Positions 39,848-50,323 of a stretch of DNA of 64,000 nt are shown here, in pieces. The stretch is from Bacteroidaceae bacterium (GTDB taxonomy: Bacteria; Bacteroidota; Bacteroidia; Bacteroidales; Bacteroidaceae). The DNA lies in the NCBI GenBank assembly GCA_017467885.1, contig JAFUKC010000002.1, forward strand, positions 73,799 to 137,798, in the 5' to 3' direction. How positions within the stretch are numbered: the stretch's first letter is position 1; each line of letters begins with the position of its first letter. Below the pieces are notes generated by a model. It was not told where the DNA came from. It ran no database searches and saw only the letters and a list, made by a program, of their open reading frames with translations. A program made the position numbers and the translations under genes.

Positions 39848-42800
39848 ATGGCTTTCAGAAAAGAAACAAAGACAAAAAATAGTTTTACGAAGATTACCAT
39901 CGGTCTTGCTTCTCCGCAAGAGATTTTGGGTAATTCTTGTGGAGAGGTTTTGAAACCCGAGACAATCAACTATCGTACTTATAAGCCCGAGCGTGACGGA
40001 TTGTTCTGTGAACGTATATTCGGCCCGGTAAAGGACTATGAGTGCCATTGCGGTAAATACAAACGCATCAGATATAAAGGTATTGTTTGCGACCGTTGCG
40101 GTGTAATGGTTACCGAGAAAAAAGTGCGTCGCGAGCGAATGGGTCACATCCAATTGGTTGTTCCCGTTGCCCATATATGGTATTTCCGTTCGTTACCCAA
40201 TAAAATAGGTTATCTTTTGGGCTTGCCCACAAAGATGCTCGATGCAGTAATCTACTATGAGAAATACATAGTAATCCAGCCGGGTGTAATGGCTCGTAAG
40301 GATAATGATGCGCGTCAGGATATTCCAGGTAAAGAGAATATACTTAATGGTGTAGAGCAAAATCAGCTTCTTACCGAGGATGAGTATCTGGAGATAATGG
40401 ATAACCTGCCACAGGGTAATCAGATGTTGGATGACAATGATCCGAATAAGTTTGTTGCCAAGATGGGTGCCGAAGCGGTATATGAGCTTCTCTCTCGTTT
40501 GGATCTTGATGCTTTGTCGTACGAGTTGCGTAATCGTGCAAACACAGATATGTCGCAACAACGCAAGAGCGAGGCTTTGAAACGTCTGCAAGTTGTAGAG
40601 TCGTTCCGTTCATCGATGGCCGCATCAAACGGCAATAACCGTCCCGAGTGGATGATTATGACAGTTATTCCTGTCATACCACCCGAATTGCGTCCTTTGG
40701 TTCCGCTCGATGGTGGTCGTTTTGCAACATCCGACCTTAACGACCTTTATCGTCGCGTAATTATACGTAACAACCGTTTGAAGAAACTTATCGAGATTAA
40801 AGCGCCCGAAGTTATCTTGCGTAACGAAAAACGTATGTTGCAAGAGGCTGTCGATTCACTTTTTGACAACTCTCGTAAAGCAAGTGCACTGAAATCCGAT
40901 GCCAACCGTCCGTTGAAATCTCTTTCCGATAGTTTGAAGGGTAAGCAGGGACGCTTCCGTCAGAATCTTCTCGGTAAGCGTGTCGATTATTCCGCACGTT
41001 CGGTTATCGTTGTTGGTCCCGAACTGAAAATGGGTGAGTGCGGTATTCCTAAACTTATGGCAGCCGAACTCTATAAGCCGTTTATCATACGTAAACTTAT
41101 TGAGCGCGGTATTGTGAAAACTGTGAAATCGGCAAAAAAGATTGTCGATCGTCGCGAGCCTATCATTTGGGATATACTTGAGCATGTGATGAAAGGTCAT
41201 CCTGTTCTTTTGAACCGTGCCCCGACACTGCACCGTTTGGGTATACAGGCTTTCCAGCCTAAAATGATTGAGGGTAAAGCAATTCAGCTTCATCCGCTTG
41301 CATGTACAGCGTTCAACGCCGACTTCGATGGTGACCAGATGGCTGTTCACTTGCCTTTGAGCAACGAGGCAATACTTGAGGCACAGATGCTTATGCTTCA
41401 GTCACATAATATTCTTAATCCGTCAAATGGTGCACCTATTACCGTTCCTTCACAGGATATGGTTCTCGGTCTCTATTATATTACCAAATTGCGTGAAGGC
41501 GCAAAAGGTTCGGGTATGGTATTCTACGGCCCCGAGGAGGCTTTGATTGCCTACAATCAGGGACGTGTGGATATTCATGCTCCGGTTAAGGTAAAGGTAG
41601 AAGATATCAACGAGGAAGGCGAGTATGTAGAAGTTTTGCGTGAAACATCGGTTGGTCGTGTAATCGTAAACCAGATTGTTCCTCGCGAGATGGGATATAT
41701 CAATACCATTATATCAAAGAAATCGTTGCGTGATATTATCAGCGAGGTTATTAAGCGTGTGGGTGTGGCCCGTTCGGCCGAATTCCTCGATGGTATCAAG
41801 AATCTCGGTTATCACATGGCGTTTAAGGGTGGTCTTTCGTTCAACCTTGATGATGTCATAATTCCCAAGGAGAAAGAGGAACTTGTACGCAAGGGTAATG
41901 AAAAGGTAGAAGAGATCCTTGCCGAGTATAACTTGGGTCTTATTACCGATAAGGAGCGTTATAACAAGGTAGTCGACGAATGGACGCACGTAAATGCCGA
42001 TTTGGCAAATGTTCTTATGAAGACCATTTCGGCCGATGACCAAGGTTTCAACTCGGTATATATGATGCTCGATTCGGGTGCTCGTGGTTCTAAAGACCAG
42101 ATTCGTCAGCTCTCGGGTATGCGTGGTCTTATGGCTAAACCGCAGAAAGCCGGTGCCGAGGGAGCACAGATTATCGAGAACCCTATTCTTTCGAACTTTA
42201 AGGAGGGACTTTCTGTGCTCGAGTACTTTATCTCGTCTCACGGTGCTCGTAAAGGTCTTGCCGATACCGCTCTGAAGACAGCCGATGCCGGTTATCTTAC
42301 CCGTCGTCTTGTTGACGTTTCGCACGATGTTATCATTAACGAGGACGATTGCGGAACATTGCGCGGATTGGTATGTACAGCTCTTAAGAACGGAGATGAA
42401 ACAATTGCAACTCTTGGTGAGCGTATTTTGGGTCGCGTGTCGGTTCATGATGTTATTCATCCTACAACAGGTAAAGTAATTGTTGCTTCAGGTGAACTTA
42501 TTACCGAAGCTATAGTGGATGAGATAGAGAAATCACCTATTGAAAGTGTCGAGATTCGTTCGGTGCTTACCTGCGAATCGAAACACGGTGTATGTGCAAA
42601 ATGTTATGGCCGCAACCTTGCAACCAGCCGTATGGTTGAGAAAGGTGAAGCTGTGGGTGTTATTGCCGCACAATCAATCGGTGAGCCGGGTACACAGCTT
42701 ACACTCCGTACCTTCCACGCCGGTGGTACAGCTGCCAATATTGCAGCCGATGCAAGCATTAAAGCAAAACATACATCGCGCTTGAAGTTCGAGGAGTTGC

Positions 42801-44194
42801 GTACTGTTGATACAGTGGATGTCGATGGCTCAATTGTTAAGATTGTTGTAAGTCGTTTGAGCGAGGTGCGCTTTGTAGATGTAAATACAGGAATTGTTTT
42901 ATCTTCTCACAATATACCTTACGGTTCTAAACTGTATGCAACCGAAGACGAGCTTGTAGAGCCCGGAAAGGTTGTTGCATCTTGGGACCCCTTTAATGCG
43001 GTAATTGTTACCGAAGTTGCCGGTACCGTTGATTTTGAATCTGTAATTGAGAATGTTACATACAAAGTCGAGACCGACGAGAGTACAGGCCTTCATGAGA
43101 TGGTTATCATTGAATCCAAGGATAAGACAAAGATACCTACCGTTCACATACTTGATGAGAATGGAAACTCACTGCATAACTACAACCTGCCGGTAGGTGG
43201 TCACGTTGTTATAGAGAATAAGCAGATGCTTAAAGCCGGTGACGTTCTTGTTAAAATTCCTCGTGTATTCGGTAATGCCGGTGATATTACCGGTGGTCTG
43301 CCTCGTGTAACCGAGTTGTTCGAGGCGCGCAACCCGTCTAATCCGGCAGTCGTATCAGAAATCGATGGAGAGGTTTCGATGGGTAAAGTTAAACGAGGTA
43401 ATCGTGAGATTGTTGTAACATCGAAAGTAGGCGATGTTAAGAAATATCTTGTTGCACTATCTAAACAGATACTTGTACAGGACGGTGACTATGTTCGTGC
43501 CGGAACTCCTTTGTCAGACGGTGCAATTACTCCTTCGGATATTCTTGCCATCAAAGGACCTACCGCTGTTCAAGAGTATATTGTAAACGAGGCACAGGAT
43601 GTATATCGTTCGCAGGGTGTGAAGATTAATGACAAGCACTTCGAGATTATTGTACGCCAAATGATGCGCAAGGTGCAGATTAACGAGCCCGGTGATACAC
43701 GCTTCCTGGAATTGCATGTTGTTGATAAACTGGAGTTCCAAGAGGAAAACGATCGTATATGGGGTAAGAAAGTTGTTGTCGATGCAGGCGATTCCGAGAA
43801 TCTTAAACCCGGACAGATTGTTACTGCAAGAAAGTTGCGTGACGAGAATAGTGCATTGAAACGTCGTGACTTAAAACCTGTGATATCTCGTGATGCAGTG
43901 CCTGCAACATCTACACAGATTCTTCAAGGTATCACACGTGCAGCTTTGCAGACATCAAGTTTCATGTCGGCCGCATCATTCCAAGAGACAACAAAGGTTC
44001 TCAACGAAGCTGCTATCAACCTAAAGAGCGATTATCTGTTGGGAATGAAAGAGAACGTTATTTGTGGTCATCTTATACCGGCGGGTACAGGTCAGCGTGA
44101 GTTCGACCGTATTGTTGTGGGCTCAAGAGATGATTATGACCGAATAATGGCAAGCAAAAAGACGGTTCTTGATTTCTCCGATGTTGACGAGTAA
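39848..44194 (+). CDS. rpoC: DNA-directed RNA polymerase subunit beta'
   Basis: 1448 aa, Zn-finger [20 protein letters not shown], catalytic NADFDGDQM. Confidence 0.99.
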   Translation: MAFRKETKTKNSFTKITIGLASPQEILGNSCGEVLKPETINYRTYKPERDGLFCERIFGPVKDYECHCGKYKRIRYKGIVCDRCGVMVTEKKVRRERMGHIQLVVPVAHIWYFRSLPNKIGYLLGLPTKMLDAVIYYEKYIVIQPGVMARKDNDARQDIPGKENILNGVEQNQLLTEDEYLEIMDNLPQGNQMLDDNDPNKFVAKMGAEAVYELLSRLDLDALSYELRNRANTDMSQQRKSEALKRLQVVESFRSSMAASNGNNRPEWMIMTVIPVIPPELRPLVPLDGGRFATSDLNDLYRRVIIRNNRLKKLIEIKAPEVILRNEKRMLQEAVDSLFDNSRKASALKSDANRPLKSLSDSLKGKQGRFRQNLLGKRVDYSARSVIVVGPELKMGECGIPKLMAAELYKPFIIRKLIERGIVKTVKSAKKIVDRREPIIWDILEHVMKGHPVLLNRAPTLHRLGIQAFQPKMIEGKAIQLHPLACTAFNADFDGDQMAVHLPLSNEAILEAQMLMLQSHNILNPSNGAPITVPSQDMVLGLYYITKLREGAKGSGMVFYGPEEALIAYNQGRVDIHAPVKVKVEDINEEGEYVEVLRETSVGRVIVNQIVPREMGYINTIISKKSLRDIISEVIKRVGVARSAEFLDGIKNLGYHMAFKGGLSFNLDDVIIPKEKEELVRKGNEKVEEILAEYNLGLITDKERYNKVVDEWTHVNADLANVLMKTISADDQGFNSVYMMLDSGARGSKDQIRQLSGMRGLMAKPQKAGAEGAQIIENPILSNFKEGLSVLEYFISSHGARKGLADTALKTADAGYLTRRLVDVSHDVIINEDDCGTLRGLVCTALKNGDETIATLGERILGRVSVHDVIHPTTGKVIVASGELITEAIVDEIEKSPIESVEIRSVLTCESKHGVCAKCYGRNLATSRMVEKGEAVGVIAAQSIGEPGTQLTLRTFHAGGTAANIAADASIKAKHTSRLKFEELRTVDTVDVDGSIVKIVVSRLSEVRFVDVNTGIVLSSHNIPYGSKLYATEDELVEPGKVVASWDPFNAVIVTEVAGTVDFESVIENVTYKVETDESTGLHEMVIIESKDKTKIPTVHILDENGNSLHNYNLPVGGHVVIENKQMLKAGDVLVKIPRVFGNAGDITGGLPRVTELFEARNPSNPAVVSEIDGEVSMGKVKRGNREIVVTSKVGDVKKYLVALSKQILVQDGDYVRAGTPLSDGAITPSDILAIKGPTAVQEYIVNEAQDVYRSQGVKINDKHFEIIVRQMMRKVQINEPGDTRFLELHVVDKLEFQEENDRIWGKKVVVDAGDSENLKPGQIVTARKLRDENSALKRRDLKPVISRDAVPATSTQILQGITRAALQTSSFMSAASFQETTKVLNEAAINLKSDYLLGMKENVICGHLIPAGTGQREFDRIVVGSRDDYDRIMASKKTVLDFSDVDE

Positions 44195-44210
44195 TAAATA
44201 AATCTCTATC

Positions 44211-44258
44211 AATAAACAAATCAGCAGAATGTTTTAACATTCTGCTGATTTGTTTATT
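44211..44258 (+). terminator. Intrinsic terminator of the rpoBC operon
   Basis: Perfect 23-bp arms: aataaacaaatcagcagaatgtt / aacattctgctgatttgtttatt. Confidence 0.8.
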
Positions 44259-44295
44259 GAGGTTCTCAATTCTTTTTTTTTGTAAAAATATATCG

Positions 44296-44303
44296 TATCT
44301 TTG
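44296..44303 (+). promoter_or_regulatory. Candidate -7 box (TAtcTTTG) ahead of the acyltransferase pair
   Basis: tatctttg lies 99 nt upstream of the ATG at 44402. No well-spaced -33 TTTG. Confidence 0.35.
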
Positions 44304-44401
44304 CGCTGATATATTGCGGTATTGTGGTTTCATGATACATGATATAATTTGACTAATGCGGCAATAGCTGTGATATCGGATAATTAGATAATTCAGGGGT
44401 A

Positions 44402-45214
44402 ATGAGCAATACTATTCAGATTGATGTTGATGCTATATTAAAGGCCAAGGCCGGTAATAAGGCTAAATACGTTCCTCGTTTTTTGGTTTCATATCTCAAA
44501 AAGATAATTCATCAGGATGAGGTGAACGAATTCCTTAACATAAACAAAGATAAGCGTGATTTGGATTTTATCAGGGCCTTTATGAGCTATTTCAATAATA
44601 CATTCGAGGTACATGGTATTGAGAATCTGCCGACAGAAGGTCGTTGTACATTTGTAAGCAATCATCCTTTGGGTGCCCAGGATGGTTTGGGTTTGGGGTT
44701 GATATTGGGTGAACATTATGACTGCAAGGTGAAGTTCCTTGTTAATGATTTGCTTATGAATATTCCTCACATAAAATCACTCTTCATCCCTATAAATAAA
44801 ACGGGGAAACAGTCGCGTAATTTGCCACAACAGGTTGCCGCCGCTTTCGACTCTGATAACCACATAGTGATGTTTCCTGCCGGAATATGCTCGCGCAAAC
44901 AAAACGGGGTCATTCGCGACCTCGAATGGAAGAAGACGTTTATTACAAAAAGTGTTCAGAGCAGAAGGGATATTGTTCCCATTCATTTTGAGGGGCAAAA
45001 TTCCAACTTCTTTTATCGTTTGGCAAATGTGAACAAGATGCTTGGTATCAAATTTAATATAGCCATGCTGTATTTAAGTGACGAAATGTTTAAGAACAGA
45101 GATAAAAAATTTAAAGTTACGATAGGTAAACCTATCTCATGGCAAACATTCGACGATTCAAAGAAACCGTCGGAGTGGGCACAGTATGTAAAAGATTTGG
45201 TTTACACTCTTTGA
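44402..45214 (+). CDS. PlsC-type lysolipid O-acyltransferase (OlsA/GlsA-like)
   Basis: 270 aa, acyltransferase motif FVSNHPLGAQDG and FPAGICSR block, placed directly upstream of an OlsB/GlsB-like gene. Confidence 0.7.
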   Translation: MSNTIQIDVDAILKAKAGNKAKYVPRFLVSYLKKIIHQDEVNEFLNINKDKRDLDFIRAFMSYFNNTFEVHGIENLPTEGRCTFVSNHPLGAQDGLGLGLILGEHYDCKVKFLVNDLLMNIPHIKSLFIPINKTGKQSRNLPQQVAAAFDSDNHIVMFPAGICSRKQNGVIRDLEWKKTFITKSVQSRRDIVPIHFEGQNSNFFYRLANVNKMLGIKFNIAMLYLSDEMFKNRDKKFKVTIGKPISWQTFDDSKKPSEWAQYVKDLVYTL

Positions 45215-45220
45215 TTTATT

Positions 45221-46240
45221 ATGAATAATATGGAAGAAATAATAGCACCGGTTCCTCGTGAACTTCTTTTGGCTGAACTTACCGAAGAAAAACGTTTACG
45301 TTTTACCAATCGCAGTAATAACGAGATATATGTTGTTACCGCCTTCGATTCTCCCAATGTAATGCGTGAGATTGGTCGTTTGCGCGAGATTGCTTTCCGT
45401 GCGGCAGGTGGCGGTAGCGGAAAGGCTGTGGATATTGACGAATTTGATACAATGGAGAATCCATACAAGCAGATAGTTGTTTGGAATCCCGAGGAAAACG
45501 ATATTGTCGGAGGCTATAGGTTTATTCATGGAAAAGATGTACGATTCGACGAGAACGGTAAACCTGTTCTGGCTACGGCACACAATATGTTTAAATTCTC
45601 CAAACGTTTTCTGGAAGAATATCTTCCCGAAACGGTTGAGCTTGGGCGTTCGTTTGTTTCGTTGGAGTATCAGTCTACACGTATGGGGTCGAAGAGTCTC
45701 TATGCTCTTGATAATCTTTGGGATGGGCTGGGCGCGCTTACGGTGATACTGCCTAATGTGAAATATCTGTTTGGAAAGGTTACGATGTATCCTTCCTACA
45801 ATACGCATGGACGGGATATGATATTGTATTTTCTTAACAAGCATTTTGCCGATCCTGATAATCTTATTGTTCCTATCTCACCTTTGCAGTTGCAGGATGA
45901 TGGGGCCGAGTTGGCAAAGATTTTTTCCGGTGATACGTTTAAGGCCGATTACAGAATTCTTAAACAGGAGGTTCGTAAATTAGGTTTAAGTATTCCTCCA
46001 TTGGTAAATGCTTATATGGGGCTCTCTCCGACAATGAAAATTTTTGGAACAGCAGTAAATACCGAGTTCGGGAATGTAGAGGAAACAGGCATTTTTATTG
46101 CAGTAAACGAGATTATAGAGGATAAATATGTCAGATATATCGAATCCTATGCAAAAGCAAATCCTTGGGCGATTAAATTGACATCCGGAGCAAACAAGGT
46201 TTTTTATCCGTCGACTAATGAAAATGATATTAACGATTAA
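45221..46240 (+). CDS. N-acyl amino acid synthase (GNAT-fold, OlsB/GlsB-like, often annotated hemolysin)
   Basis: 339 aa. [20 protein letters not shown] motif region typical of OlsB-like N-acyltransferases. 6-nt gap from the upstream acyltransferase. Confidence 0.7.
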   Translation: MNNMEEIIAPVPRELLLAELTEEKRLRFTNRSNNEIYVVTAFDSPNVMREIGRLREIAFRAAGGGSGKAVDIDEFDTMENPYKQIVVWNPEENDIVGGYRFIHGKDVRFDENGKPVLATAHNMFKFSKRFLEEYLPETVELGRSFVSLEYQSTRMGSKSLYALDNLWDGLGALTVILPNVKYLFGKVTMYPSYNTHGRDMILYFLNKHFADPDNLIVPISPLQLQDDGAELAKIFSGDTFKADYRILKQEVRKLGLSIPPLVNAYMGLSPTMKIFGTAVNTEFGNVEETGIFIAVNEIIEDKYVRYIESYAKANPWAIKLTSGANKVFYPSTNENDIND

Positions 46241-46320
46241 AATGGTTTAACTCTGAAAACAAAAGAATGCTTTCGGAGTTTTTCCTTTTAGCGGTGTTTA
46301 ATTTAACAAACAGAACGTAT

Positions 46321-46752
46321 ATGAAAATTCAAATAATAAACCGTTCCAAACATAGTTTGCCATCGTATGCCACAGCTCTTTCTGCCGGTATGGATTTGAG
46401 AGCCAATATTGACGAACCTATTATATTAAAACCTTTGCAGAGGGTGTTGGTGCCTACAGGTCTTTATATGGCAATTCCTGCCGGTTATGAGGCGCAAGTG
46501 AGGCCGCGTAGCGGTTTGGCAATAAAAAAAGGTGTAACAGTCCTTAATTCGCCAGGGACAATCGACGCCGATTATCGTGGTGAAGTGTGTGTTATTCTTG
46601 TCAATCTCTCAGAAGATTCCTTTGTTATTGAGGACGGTGAGCGCATAGCCCAGATGATTATAGCCCGTCATGAACAGATTGAGTGGGTTGATGTTGAAGA
46701 ACTTACACAAACCGAGCGCGGAGCAGGGGGCTTTGGTCATACCGGTGTGTGA
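46321..46752 (+). CDS. dut: dUTP diphosphatase
   Basis: [10 protein letters not shown] and [10 protein letters not shown] motifs. I chose the ATG at 46321 (MKIQIINRS). Confidence 0.95.
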   Translation: MKIQIINRSKHSLPSYATALSAGMDLRANIDEPIILKPLQRVLVPTGLYMAIPAGYEAQVRPRSGLAIKKGVTVLNSPGTIDADYRGEVCVILVNLSEDSFVIEDGERIAQMIIARHEQIEWVDVEELTQTERGAGGFGHTGV

Positions 46753-46755
46753 ATT

Positions 46756-48498
46756 ATGGGTCTGTATCGCTTTCTTGTTGCTTCTCTGCTGTTATCATTG
46801 ATAAACATTGCAGTTGTCGGTGTTCATGCGAGTACCGATGAAGATGCCATATCTCAGCAACGTCGGTTTGAATATTTCTACATGCAGGCCTTGTCCATGA
46901 AGGAGCAAGGAGATATGGCTGCTGCATTCGATATGCTGGAACATTGCAGGGCTATATGTCCCTATTCGCCATCTTTATTGTATGAGCTTGCACCGTTTTA
47001 CAGTTATCTGGAGCGAAAAGATGAGGCTATAGGGCTGTTGAAGCTTGCAATAGAACGCGAGCCTGATAATTTTTGGTATTATCAGATGCTGGCAACCTTT
47101 TATGAGGAAAATTCTCTTCTCGACGATGCAATAGCTCTCTACGAGGCAATGACCGAGCGTTTCAGTTCTCACAGCGAGGTGTACATCTATTTGGCCGGTT
47201 TGTATGATGAAACCGGTAACTATCATAAAGCGATTTCTACGCTTGACAAGCTCGAAAAGGTGGAGGGGAAGAGTGAGGTTCTTTCGCAGCAGAAATTCCG
47301 TCTTTATATGTTGTTGCAAGATAAGGAGAATTCCATTCGCGAACTACAGGAACTATCCAATGAATATCCCGATGATTTGCGCTATCGCGTATCGTTGGGT
47401 GATACCTATTTACGATTTGGCGATAACGAGACGGCTTTTTCCATATATATGGATGTACTTGCCGAGGACCCGAAACATTTGCAGGCACAATCATCACTAA
47501 TCGATTATTATGCAGTGAATGAGGATTATGAGATGTACACGAAGAGTATGGAGGCTTTGCTTGTGAATGAGAAATTGGATACAGAGTTGCGTATTCGTAA
47601 TTTGGTCGATTATGTAAAAAACAAGCCTGTTTGTGATTCTGTCGGATATTGTGTTGAACTTTTCGAGAAGCTTATGCTTTTACCGTTTGACCGGGCAGAG
47701 ATAGCCGATGTATATGCAAGTTTTCTGGTAGCGAAGGATTTTCCCGAGGAGCGTGTCACCCCCGTCTTGAAACGCCTTTTGCGGTTGGAACCCGAAAATT
47801 ATCTTGCTCAAATGCAGATGTTGCGTTATGCGATAGAGCGTAGCGATTTTGAGGATATTGTCGTGCGATGTGATACGGCAATCCTGTACAATCCCGAGAT
47901 ATTGGCATTGTATTATTACAGAGGTATAGCATGTTATAATTTGGCACGTCGTTCCGAAGCCGTCGCAACCTTCCGTGAAGGACTTGCAAAATGCGCCGAA
48001 GAGACCGAATTAGGTTTAATCTCTGATGTTTTTGCCCTGTTAGGTGACACAGAGCATGAATTAGGTCATACACAGGCCTGTTATGAAGCCTACGATTCGG
48101 CTTTGGTGTATGACAGTGAGAATATCACGGTTCTGAACAATTACGCCTATTTTCTCTCTTTGGAGTCTCGTGATTTGGAAAGGGCTTTGGAGATGAGTTA
48201 TAAAACAATACAGGCCAAGCCTGACGAGCCTACTTATATAGATACCTATGCCTGGATTCTTTTTGGCCTGGAACGCTATGAAGAGTCAAAAGCTTATGCC
48301 GAAAAACTTATATCGTTGAGCAAGGATGAAGAATTGAGTGCTGTCTTATGTGTACACATTGGTGATATATATGCAAAATGTGGGGATATGGATAAGGCCT
48401 TGGAGTATTGGAATAAAGCACGGCAAATGGGAGATGAATCCAAGATTCTTAAACGTAAGATAAAGAAACGTAAATATATAGCAGATGGAAAGAATTGA
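46756..48498 (+). CDS. Secreted tetratricopeptide-repeat protein
   Basis: Signal peptide followed by repeated TPR-like A/Y/L helical pairs across 580 aa. Confidence 0.8.
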   Translation: MGLYRFLVASLLLSLINIAVVGVHASTDEDAISQQRRFEYFYMQALSMKEQGDMAAAFDMLEHCRAICPYSPSLLYELAPFYSYLERKDEAIGLLKLAIEREPDNFWYYQMLATFYEENSLLDDAIALYEAMTERFSSHSEVYIYLAGLYDETGNYHKAISTLDKLEKVEGKSEVLSQQKFRLYMLLQDKENSIRELQELSNEYPDDLRYRVSLGDTYLRFGDNETAFSIYMDVLAEDPKHLQAQSSLIDYYAVNEDYEMYTKSMEALLVNEKLDTELRIRNLVDYVKNKPVCDSVGYCVELFEKLMLLPFDRAEIADVYASFLVAKDFPEERVTPVLKRLLRLEPENYLAQMQMLRYAIERSDFEDIVVRCDTAILYNPEILALYYYRGIACYNLARRSEAVATFREGLAKCAEETELGLISDVFALLGDTEHELGHTQACYEAYDSALVYDSENITVLNNYAYFLSLESRDLERALEMSYKTIQAKPDEPTYIDTYAWILFGLERYEESKAYAEKLISLSKDEELSAVLCVHIGDIYAKCGDMDKALEYWNKARQMGDESKILKRKIKKRKYIADGKN

Positions 48499-49300
48499 TA
48501 AATATTTACTGATAACAGTTTGTTTGTCGGTTTTTCTGTTGTCTGCCTGCCGTTCGACAAAGAGAGGTGCGGAAACGGCAAATAATGCGGTGATAACAGA
48601 TATATGTTCGACACAGGCATTGTTGCCGGGCGATTCCTGTATGAGCGGGAAACTGCGTTTGACGGTTGATGTTGATGGAAAATCACTCTCTACAACCGGT
48701 ACGGTGAAGATGGTTCGTGGCAATGGTATTCAGCTTGGATTTACGGCATTGGGGTTATTCGAGGTCGCACGTTTTGAGTTTTTCCCGAACGAGGCTCTGT
48801 TAATAAACAAATTCAACAGGGAGTATTCTTCGCTTGGATATAATGATATTCCTTTTCTGGGCTATGCCGGTCTTGATTATTCAATGTTCGAGGCCCTGTT
48901 GTTAAATGAACCGTTTGTTTCGGGCGGTGGGAGTTTTCAGGAGTCTCTTGCTTATATGAATATCGTGAAAGAGGGTAAGCTATATGTAATAACCACTCCC
49001 GAGAAGCGGGGTTTGCAGTATACTTTTTTTATTGATACAGAAACCGGCGAACTGAAGCAGACACGCGCTATATATAACAAGGCTGTTACGGTAGATTGTG
49101 TATATTCAGCTTTTGAGAAGATTGGTAAACACAGTTTTCCTCATGATATAAATATTTCAGTCGATGGGGTAGGTAATGCTGTTAATGTGAATATAAAATA
49201 CAGTAATTTGCGTAGTACGCTCTTCTCGCTTAAGAAGAGTGATGTTGCCGAATACAGAAAAATGAATATTTCTCAAATGTTGGAGCGTTTGAATATGTAG
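48485..49300 (+). CDS. Lipoprotein, DUF4292-like with a LolB-like sequence pattern
   Basis: Lipobox LLSAC. 271 aa. Alternating beta-strand pattern SGKLRLTVDVDGKSLSTTGTVKMVRGNGIQLGFTALGLFEVARFEF. It overlaps the TPR gene by 14 nt. Confidence 0.6.
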   Translation: MERIDKYLLITVCLSVFLLSACRSTKRGAETANNAVITDICSTQALLPGDSCMSGKLRLTVDVDGKSLSTTGTVKMVRGNGIQLGFTALGLFEVARFEFFPNEALLINKFNREYSSLGYNDIPFLGYAGLDYSMFEALLLNEPFVSGGGSFQESLAYMNIVKEGKLYVITTPEKRGLQYTFFIDTETGELKQTRAIYNKAVTVDCVYSAFEKIGKHSFPHDINISVDGVGNAVNVNIKYSNLRSTLFSLKKSDVAEYRKMNISQMLERLNM

Positions 49301-49309
49301 TTTGTCGAT

Positions 49310-50251
49310 ATGATTGGTGGAGAAAGAAAAAGAGGATTCATATATGCAGTTGTTGCTGCTGCAACATACGGAATGATACCGTTGTTTGCGCTTCCTTTGT
49401 ATGGTATCGGTGGAATGAATCCCGATTCGGTTCTTCTTCTGCGTTATTTTTTTGCAATTCTGATAGTGGCATTCATGCTAAAAGTTCGTGGGCGCAGTTT
49501 GCGTATGAAGCATGGTGAGTTTCTGCCGTTGCTGGCAATGGGTGTTATCATGTCTTTGTCTTCTTTATCCCTTTTCGGCAGTTATAGGTATATGGATGGT
49601 GGAATTGCATCGACAATACTGTTTGTGTATCCTGTTATTGTAGCTGTAATAATGGCGGTATTCTATAAAGAGAAAATAACACTCCCGGTTGCATTGTGCA
49701 TAATGCTTGCACTTGGTGGCATTGCTCTTTTGTACATTGGCGATTCCGGTAAGACACTCAGTCTTCGCGGAACATTATTGGTACTGTTCTCGGCTTTTTT
49801 CTATGCCATATATATAGTTTGTGTGAACAATTCGCGTCTTAAGCGTATCCCAACGCTGAAACTGACGTTATACATGATGTTATTCGGCCTTCCGCTTTTT
49901 GTTGTGCGTATTTTATGGGGAGGTACGTTTACCATGCCGTCACATTGGTATTTGTGGGGAAATATTGTTGCATTGGCACTATTTCCTACGGCAATATCAT
50001 TTATTTGTACAACAAAAGCCGTACAATATATCGGTGCCACTCCTACTGCTATTTTAGGAGCCATAGAACCTCTTGCTGCTATATTTATCGGTGTGCTGGT
50101 GTTCGATGAAAAACTTACACTGCGGATATGTATAGGTTTGATAATGATTATATTATCGGTAACAATGGTTGTTGCCGGTGCAAATATCAATGATACATTG
50201 ATTCATTTTAAAAAGTTGTTTCCGAAGCTAAAAAGAAGAAAACAAAGATAA
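49310..50251 (+). CDS. EamA/DMT-family transporter
   Basis: 313 aa, about 10 TM helices arranged as two EamA-like halves. Confidence 0.75.
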   Translation: MIGGERKRGFIYAVVAAATYGMIPLFALPLYGIGGMNPDSVLLLRYFFAILIVAFMLKVRGRSLRMKHGEFLPLLAMGVIMSLSSLSLFGSYRYMDGGIASTILFVYPVIVAVIMAVFYKEKITLPVALCIMLALGGIALLYIGDSGKTLSLRGTLLVLFSAFFYAIYIVCVNNSRLKRIPTLKLTLYMMLFGLPLFVVRILWGGTFTMPSHWYLWGNIVALALFPTAISFICTTKAVQYIGATPTAILGAIEPLAAIFIGVLVFDEKLTLRICIGLIMIILSVTMVVAGANINDTLIHFKKLFPKLKRRKQR

Positions 50252-50323
50252 TATCTGCCATATAATTCATACAATAAAAAAGATTTTTTAATTTAGCACT
50301 CGAAACTACGCAATCACAAACAG

